A program made the translations under genes and the position numbers. The notes below the pieces were generated by a model, which did not search any database, had not been told where the DNA came from, and was given only the letters and a program-made list of their open reading frames with translations. Of a DNA stretch of 33,287 bases, positions 19,348 to 27,376 are shown piece after piece (the first letter of the stretch is position 1; each line of letters opens with the position of its first letter). The stretch is from Candidatus Hermodarchaeota archaeon (GTDB taxonomy: Archaea > Asgardarchaeota > Lokiarchaeia > Sigyniarchaeales > SOKP01): positions 47,752 to 81,038 of the forward strand of contig JBHLLO010000005.1 in the NCBI GenBank assembly GCA_048885535.1, read 5' to 3'.

Positions 19348-19638
19348 CTACCAAGAATGAGTTATTGCGCCAGGTTCACAAGATTTCACACAAGGTAATT
19401 CTTTTGTTTTGCCAACAGGCTTACAAGGAGCACAAGAGTATTTAATTTTTTTACGGTGTTCTTCTGAAACAATTGCAATAACCTCATCACCTAATGGGTC
19501 TAACTCATTTTCACCCATTTCAAGAACATTTTCTGGGCAGGCATCAACACATTTCCCACATGAGTTACACAAATCTGTATCAATAGTAATAAAATATTCT
19601 CCTGAACCATCCTTATAACCATAATTTGCTTTTGTCAT
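19348..19638 (-). CDS. bzdM: 2[4Fe-4S] ferredoxin, BzdM type
   Basis: ANYGYKDGSGEYFITIDT start, CNSCGKCVDACP, CAPC-x10-CVKSC, and terminal HSW. Directly follows bzdQ. Confidence 0.85.
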   Translation of the reverse strand: MTKANYGYKDGSGEYFITIDTDLCNSCGKCVDACPENVLEMGENELDPLGDEVIAIVSEEHRKKIKYSCAPCKPVGKTKELPCVKSCEPGAITHSW

Positions 19639-19666
19639 TTCAGCACGTCCACATTATTAAAAAAAA

Positions 19667-20548
19667 TTAACTTTTTTTTCGTTCTTTTTCAATTAGGGCC
19701 TTCGCAAATAAAGCAGCACCAATAGCTCCAGCAAGTTGAGGATCAATACTTGGCTCTGGAGCTTTAAGCTTTAGTTCATCTTCAATTCTCTTAACAACAC
19801 CGATATTTTTTGCAATACCTCCCGTTATAGCAAATTTCTCTTCTATTCCAAGTCGCAATAATAGGGTTACTACACGATGAGCCATAGCTGAGCAATATGC
19901 GGCTAAAACTTTTTCTTTTGGCCATCCCTTTCTAAGTAACCCAACAGCTTCTGATTTTGCAAATACTACACATGTACTACTTACCGGTTCAGGTTCTTCA
20001 TCAACTTCTAAAGACATTTTTCCCACATCATTAATATGAACTTGAAGTAGATCAGCAAATACCTCCATTCCTCTTCCAGTTCCTGCTGCACACTTATCAT
20101 TCATGAGAAAAGCAGTAACTTTCCCGCGATTGTCACACCGAATCGCTTTACAATCTTGCCCGCCCATATCTAAAACTGTTCTTATATCAGGACCATAAAT
20201 AAAGTTTGCACCTCTTGCATGACAGGCAATTTCTGTAATTGCTCTTTTTGCGAAAGGAACATTGACGCGACCATATCCCGTTCCAACCACATACTGAATC
20301 TTATCCAAAGTTAATCCAGTTCCCTCCAACGCCCAATCCATAGCACTTTTAGCACTATCTGGACTATTTGATCCAGTTCGCATACTTGAATAGCAGTAGA
20401 TCTCTCCATCTACCATTATAACGGCTTGAGTGCTGACTGATCCAACATCCACCCCTGCTGAGATGATTTCACCTTTTTTCCAATCTAAATCAGGATTTGT
20501 AAATCTAGATTCAGTCCATCTCCAATATTCTTTTTCTGTCTTTGACAT
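19667..20548 (-). CDS. bzdQ: Benzoyl-CoA reductase, Bzd type, subunit Q (ASKHA ATPase/activator)
   Basis: N-terminal EYWRW.E extension, GVDVGSVS, TGYGR, EIACH, DMGGQD, MNDKCAAGTGR, STCVVFA, GGIAKN. ATG at 20548 has GGAGGT just upstream. Confidence 0.9.
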   Translation of the reverse strand: MSKTEKEYWRWTESRFTNPDLDWKKGEIISAGVDVGSVSTQAVIMVDGEIYCYSSMRTGSNSPDSAKSAMDWALEGTGLTLDKIQYVVGTGYGRVNVPFAKRAITEIACHARGANFIYGPDIRTVLDMGGQDCKAIRCDNRGKVTAFLMNDKCAAGTGRGMEVFADLLQVHINDVGKMSLEVDEEPEPVSSTCVVFAKSEAVGLLRKGWPKEKVLAAYCSAMAHRVVTLLLRLGIEEKFAITGGIAKNIGVVKRIEDELKLKAPEPSIDPQLAGAIGAALFAKALIEKERKKS

Positions 20549-20552
20549 TATT

Positions 20553-21335
20553 TTAACCTCCAATCTTATCTTGAGCTATAAGCGCAGCTCCTAATGCGCT
20601 TACATATTCTGGGGCTATATCCTCTTTTGGTACTAAAAGCTTAAAGCCCAAATTTTTATTCATTGCATCAACAAAACCAATATTGTTGGCGACACCACCT
20701 ATTAATACTACTTCTTTTTCAATACCTATTTGTCTTACCATGCTAGTATTTCTATCTGCAATTGCATCATGAACAGCTCGAATTATATCTTCTTTAGAAG
20801 TTTTTTGATGGATCAATGATACAACTTCAGATTCGGCAAAAATCGTACATTGCGCATTCATGGGTATTTGCTTTGTTGATTTCAAAGAAAGCTCTCCCAT
20901 AGTTTCGATATCAACTTCTAATGCTCTTGACATGGCTTCTATAAACGCACCAGCTCCAGCAGCACACTTTTCATTTATTCCAAAATCTTTAACCTTTCCA
21001 TATTCATCGAGCTTTACAACTAATCCTTCTTCAGCTCCAATATCGATAATAGTGCGAGCTGAAGGAAATAAGAAAAATGCTCCACGACCATCGCAAGTTA
21101 CAGTGGTTACATTATCATTTGCGAATGAAATTGCTTCCATTCCAGCTCCAGTTGCAGTAATGTATTTAATATCTTCTCTTGTAATTCCTGCCTTTTCAAT
21201 AGCTTGATCGAGTGCTTGCCTGGCAGACTCTTCTTGATCAAATCCGCTTAATACTGAAGCTGTGGATAAAATCTTATCCTCAAAAATACAAACTTTTGTA
21301 TTTTTTGAACCTGCATCTAGTCCGACCGTTATCAT
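20553..21335 (-). CDS. bzdP: Benzoyl-CoA reductase, Bzd type, subunit P (ASKHA ATPase/activator)
   Basis: GLDAGS, TGAG, DIGAEE, INEKCAAGAG, AQCTIFAESE, GGVANN; lies between bzdO and bzdQ. Confidence 0.87.
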   Translation of the reverse strand: MITVGLDAGSKNTKVCIFEDKILSTASVLSGFDQEESARQALDQAIEKAGITREDIKYITATGAGMEAISFANDNVTTVTCDGRGAFFLFPSARTIIDIGAEEGLVVKLDEYGKVKDFGINEKCAAGAGAFIEAMSRALEVDIETMGELSLKSTKQIPMNAQCTIFAESEVVSLIHQKTSKEDIIRAVHDAIADRNTSMVRQIGIEKEVVLIGGVANNIGFVDAMNKNLGFKLLVPKEDIAPEYVSALGAALIAQDKIGG

Positions 21336-21367
21336 ACTAAACCACTTCTTATTATAATTCTAAATTA

Positions 21368-22678
21368 TTAATTTATTTTCTCAATACCAATTGATTCCAT
21401 AAAAGTGTCTACTCGTTTCATTGTTCGCTCAAGATCGAATTCTCGTTCATCTCCCATGTTCCCTTCGAACGGCATTGTTGGAATCCCAGCTTTTTGAATA
21501 GCTAAACGATTTTCTGCTATCCCAAGGCTTAAACCTTCACACCCTCTATTAAAATGTAAAAACACACCATCTAATTTCCATTCCTTAGCAATTCTTATCA
21601 TCATATCCGATTTAAGTTTTGGATGATAAAAGTGTTGCCATTCAGGTTTACTTAAATTCCACTCAGCTAGAGCCCGTAATGCATCATCCCTGTTAGTTAA
21701 TTCAATATCTGGAATGGATCTTGGTCCCCACGTTCCATCTTCTTTTACTTCCCATAATCCAATAAGACCAAAAGTATAAAGACTTCCAACAGAAACACAG
21801 CCATATTGTTCTAAATAACGAAAAATTCTTAAAAATGCCCATGGTGGTTGGGTATCTGTCATTATTCGACATTTTTCGTTCCCTACAGCAGCAATACCTC
21901 TTGCTACACGATCCTCTACCTCTGGATATAGTTCTTTTTCATAAAAATCTGCTGTCCATTGAGCAGATTTCCTTAAAGTGCCAAGAACATATAAGGAATA
22001 CATCGATTTTTCATCTAATGGAGCTGGGATTGCTTTATTAAGCTCACATATAGCAGCCCAGTAATGACATGAGCGAAATTCATTCTTAACAGCCTTAATT
22101 AGTAATTCATCATCATAATCTCTTCCAGTTATTTTTTCTAGCCATTCAATACCATCATGCATTTGTCCTACAACATAGTTGATTTTATGTTCATTTAGTT
22201 CTTCATATGGTCCTACTGATACGTCAATACTAAACATAGGAATGCCTCCCTCAAGGTCACTTGCTACTTGATACCACTTAGCATGTGAACAGCAAATGTG
22301 ATCCTGCCAAATAAAATCTGGTTTAGGGAATTTTTCCGAAAATTGTGGCCAGGCATATTTGTTTAGAAGTATAGATCCCCAGTAATTCCGCATATAAGAG
22401 CAAAGATCTCTTGCAAAACCCTTTGCTTCAGTTGCTTCATGACATTCTAACGCAAGTCTATCATTAAATGCTATTGTTGCACCATAGGGTTCCCCTGTTA
22501 AGGAGTATACATCATCCCCTAAACCAGCAGGAATAGCATCAAAAGACCATGCTCCACCTACCCAACGGAGCCCTCCTTTATCATGGGCTTCAGCAAAATC
22601 TTTATAATAATTTTCTCTAAGAACTTTAGCTTTATTCCAACATTTTAATGATTCAGTTGGATATTTTGTATTTTTCAT
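21368..22678 (-). CDS. bzdO: Benzoyl-CoA reductase, Bzd type, subunit O
   Basis: [66 protein letters not shown]-like AAGGAGG upstream. Confidence 0.9.
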   Translation of the reverse strand: MKNTKYPTESLKCWNKAKVLRENYYKDFAEAHDKGGLRWVGGAWSFDAIPAGLGDDVYSLTGEPYGATIAFNDRLALECHEATEAKGFARDLCSYMRNYWGSILLNKYAWPQFSEKFPKPDFIWQDHICCSHAKWYQVASDLEGGIPMFSIDVSVGPYEELNEHKINYVVGQMHDGIEWLEKITGRDYDDELLIKAVKNEFRSCHYWAAICELNKAIPAPLDEKSMYSLYVLGTLRKSAQWTADFYEKELYPEVEDRVARGIAAVGNEKCRIMTDTQPPWAFLRIFRYLEQYGCVSVGSLYTFGLIGLWEVKEDGTWGPRSIPDIELTNRDDALRALAEWNLSKPEWQHFYHPKLKSDMMIRIAKEWKLDGVFLHFNRGCEGLSLGIAENRLAIQKAGIPTMPFEGNMGDEREFDLERTMKRVDTFMESIGIEKIN

Positions 22679-22696
22679 TCATTTTCCTCCTTCTTT

Positions 22697-23821
22697 TTAA
22701 AATAAATCCTCTTCTCTTATAATTTCAAGAAACGCTTCAACACGTGTTTTAAATTGACCAATTGGCACTGTGACATCAAACTCGAGGAATAATGTTTGAA
22801 TGCCAAGATTATTCTCAAGTGTTTCTTTAATTATAACTGTATCAAGTTCATGTGGGTCACAAAATTTCATCTGCATAATAATGACTCCTTGTACATCATA
22901 CTCTTTTGCTAATTGGAGAATACGGTCAAGCCTTGTACGGTGAGGCCAGTCTTTACTTGGACATGGTGTACGATTAACATACCTTTCAGCTATTGAAACT
23001 ATTGGATCTCCATTTGTATTTACCTCTGTATTAAAATATCGAGTACCCGTGCAGTGTTCATCAATAACAAATCTAGCTCCTAATCCTTCCACCATCGCAA
23101 CAAATTCAGTATCATCATCTTCAGAACCTAAAATCATCAATCGTTCACCTGGTTCAAATAAAGTCCTTGAAGGAAGCTTCTTTAGAAGTTCCTCTAAAGC
23201 TTTATTATGTTCCCGTTTATCAACCATTTGTGAAGATACTACCATCAACATAGCTTCAAGACCAGTTAAGGGTGGATTAGGACTTTTTCTTAATTCATAT
23301 ACTTGTTGTAATAGTTGTCTGTTTTTATTCATTATCTCAATCCCTCGTTTAATGTCATCATCTGTAATTTCTTTCCCAGTCCATTTTTCAATTGCGTTCT
23401 TGAACGATATTAATTCTTCTGTTAAATAAGGAATAGCATGAGTGCTTTGCACATGCATTGGGTGTGGTAAATAGTATGAAAAATCTACAGGTATATGTAA
23501 TTCCCAACTTGTGAAAGCCTGCCTAATATGGAGACAACTTTGTGCTATCGTAATACCATCAAGGTAATCATATCTCCCTTTTAATCCCTGAGCTAAACAA
23601 TCTCGGCAGAATGGGCAAAACATCGCAAATATATGCGGTTCAGAGACATCCTGTGGCTCATGACTACCTAAAATTCTTACTGGTAGAATATCTGCTGCAT
23701 AAAGAATTTCTTCGGGAACATAAGTGCAGAAATATCCTAATATTTTTCCACCAGTACGTTCTTTCCATTTTTTAGCATAGTCATGACGGTTTTCATACCA
23801 CTCTTTAAATTGATCAAACAC
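22697..23821 (-). CDS. bzdN: Benzoyl-CoA reductase, Bzd type, subunit N
   Basis: FKEWYENRHDYA, GYFCTYVPEE, MFCPFCRDCLAQG, QSCLH, GSEDDD, DEHCTGTRYF, KFCDPHE. GTG at 23821 has GGAGG 8 nt upstream. The ORF track starts at ATG 23836. Confidence 0.9.
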   Translation of the reverse strand: MFDQFKEWYENRHDYAKKWKERTGGKILGYFCTYVPEEILYAADILPVRILGSHEPQDVSEPHIFAMFCPFCRDCLAQGLKGRYDYLDGITIAQSCLHIRQAFTSWELHIPVDFSYYLPHPMHVQSTHAIPYLTEELISFKNAIEKWTGKEITDDDIKRGIEIMNKNRQLLQQVYELRKSPNPPLTGLEAMLMVVSSQMVDKREHNKALEELLKKLPSRTLFEPGERLMILGSEDDDTEFVAMVEGLGARFVIDEHCTGTRYFNTEVNTNGDPIVSIAERYVNRTPCPSKDWPHRTRLDRILQLAKEYDVQGVIIMQMKFCDPHELDTVIIKETLENNLGIQTLFLEFDVTVPIGQFKTRVEAFLEIIREEDLF

Positions 23822-23941
23822 GTTTAATGCCTCCATTTGGATAAACTTTATATTTGTTATAATTTACCATTTTAAATCAAATATCTCCTTGATACATTCT
23901 ATTTTTGAAAGTAAAATTTAAATTAAAAATTTTATTAACCT

Positions 23942-24988
23942 CTATTTTTGACATAATATTATTATTCTAATTCCTTCTCCTTGACGCATAACATCAAAAG
24001 CTTCATTAATTTCTGAAAGTGAAAATTTATGAGAAATTAATGGTTTAAGTTGAAGTGAGCCAATCTTAACTAAATTGATAATATGTGGATAATCGACAGG
24101 ACGGCAACCAAGACTCCCCATTAACTCCATTTCTCGAAACATTACACGACCAATATCGAACCCATCCCAACGTTTAGGTGAATATCCCACTGCAACTAGA
24201 CGTCCCCCTGTTTTCAAACTATTAAAAGCTTGTTTCATTGTCGTTGGATGTCCAATGGCTTCAAAAGCTATATCTGCGCCTCCTCCTGTTATTTTCCTAA
24301 TAGCGCTAACAATTTCCCTCTCATCTTTATCTTTTGCTAAAATAGTTTCTACAGCTCCAATCTGCTTAGCAATTTCTAATTTTTTTGGGACAATATCAAC
24401 AGCAATAGGTAAACCTCCTGCTACTTTTATGTTTTGAACTACATTCAAACCAATGCCACCACAACCTATAACTACAGCCCAATCACCAGGTCTTACTTGA
24501 CCTCGATTTTTTACAGCATGATAAGGCGTTGATACAGCATCCGAAATAATACAGCTTTCCTCTAATGACATTTCGATTGGAAGGTGAACTACATCTTTTA
24601 TAGGAACCTTAATTTGCTCAGCAAATCCCCCATCAATATGATTTCCAAGCATTATTTGATTAAGACAAATATTTTCTCTACCAATTCTACAATTAACACA
24701 GTACCCACAAGAAAGTACAGCAGGAATAATTACATGATCTCCTTCTTTGAAATTCTTTACGTCTTCACTTACTTCTTTAATTACTCCAGATATCTCATGG
24801 CCCAAAATAAGAGGAGGCCTTTTGACAGTTGGTACTCCATGTTCTAAATAACCAAAATCAGTATGACAAACTCCACATGCCGTGATCTCAATAATTGCTT
24901 GTCCTGACTCGCTTGAAATAGTTGGATCAGGATAATTGTTATCTAATTTTAAAGGTTCTTTAACTTTTTCAAAAACTGCGGCTTTCAT
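23942..24988 (-). CDS. had: 6-hydroxycyclohex-1-ene-1-carbonyl-CoA dehydrogenase (Zn-dependent MDR family; Had/BzdX)
   Basis: CGVCHTD.GY, LGHEISG, PAVLSCGYCVNC..GRENIC, DAVSTPY, GCGGIG; operon context. Confidence 0.82.
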   Translation of the reverse strand: MKAAVFEKVKEPLKLDNNYPDPTISSESGQAIIEITACGVCHTDFGYLEHGVPTVKRPPLILGHEISGVIKEVSEDVKNFKEGDHVIIPAVLSCGYCVNCRIGRENICLNQIMLGNHIDGGFAEQIKVPIKDVVHLPIEMSLEESCIISDAVSTPYHAVKNRGQVRPGDWAVVIGCGGIGLNVVQNIKVAGGLPIAVDIVPKKLEIAKQIGAVETILAKDKDEREIVSAIRKITGGGADIAFEAIGHPTTMKQAFNSLKTGGRLVAVGYSPKRWDGFDIGRVMFREMELMGSLGCRPVDYPHIINLVKIGSLQLKPLISHKFSLSEINEAFDVMRQGEGIRIIILCQK

Positions 24989-25056
24989 CCTAACTTCCTA
25001 CATTTTGTTGTGTTGTTATTATAATTTAAATATAATTATTATTAAATTTAAGAAAA

Positions 25057-25824
25057 TTAACGATTCTGCCAATTGGGTGCTCTTTTCTCTAGGAATGCTT
25101 GTAAACCTTCATTTGCATCATGTGTCGACATTAACTCCTTTAGGTAAAATTGTTCAATTTCGTCTAATTTTTTTTCAAAGTCGAAATTTAGGGCTTTATT
25201 AAACGCGTTTTTTGTATGTTGTAATACGATGGAACTTAAAGTATCAAAAGATCCGATGTAGTTTTTGAATTCTTGCTCATACGATTCATGAGGGAATATT
25301 TGATTAGAAATCCCTAATCTATGAGCCTCATTAGCATCAATAATTTCACCTAAAATTATAAGCTCAAAAGCCTTTTTATTTCTAATAATATGAGGAAAAG
25401 CTAAAATAGCAATCGGGGGAAATACACCTACTTTTACTTCGGGTTGCCCAAATTTCGCTTTATCTGAAGTAAGTACGATATCACAAAATAATGCAATTTC
25501 ACATCCTCCTCCAAGAGCGGCTCCTTTAATACTTGCGATTGTTGGACATTTTATCTTGTTAAGCTTTCTAAAAATTCCATGAAACTCCTTAATCATTTTT
25601 GGTGCTTTATCACCAATATGATCACTTATATCAACTCCAGCTGAAAAGGCTTTTCCATTATGATCAAAGATAAGAATTTTTAAAGATTGGTCTCCTATAA
25701 AACCTTCAAGAGCCTTGTTGATTTGTTCCATCATAGGAATGGTTAGAATATTGAGCGGACCATTGTTAAAAATAATCTTCCCAATATGATTTGTCTTTTC
25801 AACCACAATTAAATCATTTATCAT
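25057..25824 (-). CDS. dch: Cyclohexa-1,5-diene-1-carbonyl-CoA hydratase (crotonase family; Dch/BzdW)
   Basis: AFSAGVDISDH, LGGGCE, GQPEVKVGVFPP, ELMSTHDANEGL. ATG at 25824 is preceded by GGGAG; operon context. Confidence 0.8.
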   Translation of the reverse strand: MINDLIVVEKTNHIGKIIFNNGPLNILTIPMMEQINKALEGFIGDQSLKILIFDHNGKAFSAGVDISDHIGDKAPKMIKEFHGIFRKLNKIKCPTIASIKGAALGGGCEIALFCDIVLTSDKAKFGQPEVKVGVFPPIAILAFPHIIRNKKAFELIILGEIIDANEAHRLGISNQIFPHESYEQEFKNYIGSFDTLSSIVLQHTKNAFNKALNFDFEKKLDEIEQFYLKELMSTHDANEGLQAFLEKRAPNWQNR

Positions 25825-25894
25825 TTTCTTTTCTCCCAATCTGGCATTAAATCTTATTTATACAGCTTTTATAATGTTTTTAAAAAAATAAATT

Positions 25895-26854
25895 TTATTT
25901 TAATTTAGCTCCACATTTACCACAAAACCCAAAGTCGGAAGGTAAATTCTTAGTTTGACAAGATGGACAGGTAACGGAAGGGGGACCCCATAAAAACTCA
26001 GGGTGAGGACTTTCTCTTACCCCTCTATAATTTGGAGGACGTTTTTCCACAAAAGCCGACATTCCTTCAAGTGGTTCCCATGAGGCATAATGAATGGATA
26101 ACCAGTCTTTTGCATGACCAATTGTTTGATGCCAAACTAGATCTTTCCAGAAATTAACCTGTTGTTTTGTATATCTCATACATTCTGGAAATTTATCAAT
26201 GAGTTTTTGGCAATATTTATCAATTTCATCATCTATTTCGTTATAAGGTACAACTGAATTTACTAATCCCCATTCTAAAGCTTTTTGTGCTGAAATAGGT
26301 TCACAGAGATATAAGATTTCCCTTGCCCTCCGATCACCAACTATAATAGGTAGCCATTGAGTAGCACCTCCACATGCCACAGATCCTACTCTAGTCCCTA
26401 CTTGCCGAATAGTAGCATGTTCTGCGCATACAGCTAAATCACATGCCATTTGCCACTCATTACCTCCTCCTGCTACAATACCATTTATTCTTGCAATAGT
26501 AGGTTTACCAATATTTCGAAAAACGTCATGAGCTTCTTGGAAGATACACATCCACTTCCAATATTCAGCAGGTTGAACAGTAAATCTTTCTTGATATTCT
26601 TTTACATCTCCACCAGTACAAAATGCTTTACTACCCGCACCAGTTAAAATTATAACCGCAATTTTATTATCCCATGCAGCATCATGAAACGCCTCAATCA
26701 TTTCCATTAATGTGAGGGTTGAATAGGCATTATATACTTCTGGACGATTAATAGTTACAGTTGCTTTCCATGCTTCTTTTTCATAAATAATTTCTTTAAA
26801 ATCAAATTCATTTGGGTCCTTGGGGGTAAAATTAGGTTCTTTTGTATAAGTCAT
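25895..26854 (-). CDS. oah: Putative 6-oxocyclohex-1-ene-1-carbonyl-CoA hydrolase (Oah/BzdY-like ring-opening crotonase) with C-terminal zinc ribbon
   Basis: YNAY, AFCTGGDVKEY, GGGNEWQMACDL, GGAT, LCEP, FPEC. First gene of the operon. ATG at 26854 follows GAAGTGA; GTG at 26863 is the alternative start. Confidence 0.7.
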   Translation of the reverse strand: MTYTKEPNFTPKDPNEFDFKEIIYEKEAWKATVTINRPEVYNAYSTLTLMEMIEAFHDAAWDNKIAVIILTGAGSKAFCTGGDVKEYQERFTVQPAEYWKWMCIFQEAHDVFRNIGKPTIARINGIVAGGGNEWQMACDLAVCAEHATIRQVGTRVGSVACGGATQWLPIIVGDRRAREILYLCEPISAQKALEWGLVNSVVPYNEIDDEIDKYCQKLIDKFPECMRYTKQQVNFWKDLVWHQTIGHAKDWLSIHYASWEPLEGMSAFVEKRPPNYRGVRESPHPEFLWGPPSVTCPSCQTKNLPSDFGFCGKCGAKLK

Positions 26855-27083
26855 TATATTCACTTCTATACTAATTATTTTGATTTCTTTTACTTTTATT
26901 ACTACTCTTAGATAATTCTACAAATTCATTTAAAATTTGTTAATAGAATTTGATAAGTGGGAATAAAATACCATTAAGAAAGCAATTCAGATGGAAATCA
27001 AAAAGAGTAATATTTAAACTAAACATTATAATTATATCTAATGTAGATTCGAGAAATAAAATAAAGAACAGAACTGAATGCAT

Positions 27084-27365
27084 ATGGTTTCAAATAAAAA
27101 AAAAGATAAGGAAGAGAAAGATTCAAATTCTCCACTCAGAGGAAAAGACTGGGAAAAGGGTTTTACAATTGAAGAACATAGAGTAAATGAATACGTAGAA
27201 TTATATGAATCAATTGGTTATGAAGTACGTGTTGAACCCGCTACTCCCGATGAACAAGAAGATTGTCAAACATGTTTTAAAGCTGATTTTAACAATTTAC
27301 GAACAATTTATATTAAACGCACGAAAAATAAAGAACATGAAATAGATTCAGATGAACTATTGTAA
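27084..27365 (+). CDS. Small hypothetical CxxC protein divergent from the bzd operon
   Basis: Protein-like sequence RVNEYVELYESIGYEVRVEP..CQTCF..RTIY. Start is at 27078 or 27084. Confidence 0.7.
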   Translation: MVSNKKKDKEEKDSNSPLRGKDWEKGFTIEEHRVNEYVELYESIGYEVRVEPATPDEQEDCQTCFKADFNNLRTIYIKRTKNKEHEIDSDELL

Positions 27366-27376
27366 CTCGAATCTAA

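Noticed and set aside
19667-23821. Alternative reading of the four genes as a 2-hydroxyglutaryl-CoA dehydratase plus activators
   Set aside because: Two distinct ATPase subunits, Bzd-specific N-termini, a BzdM-type ferredoxin and adjacent dch/had/oah genes all favour benzoyl-CoA reductase.
11657-26647. Plus-strand ORFs antisense to amrS, UbiA, the methyltransferase and bzd genes (e.g. 17159-17614, 20860-21207, 23049-23429, 24936-25202, 26450-26647)
   Set aside because: Their composition is mostly Ser/Ile/Pro-rich, typical of reverse-complement reading of real genes, and they have no independent support.
25895-26854. MenB (naphthoate synthase) assignment
   Set aside because: It lacks the GSFD motif, no other men genes are present, and the context is dearomatization.
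26950-27186. 78-aa K/I/R-rich ORF overlapping the small CxxC gene
   Set aside because: It has a TTG start and low-complexity A-rich codons, spans the presumed divergent promoter, and overlaps a more protein-like ORF.
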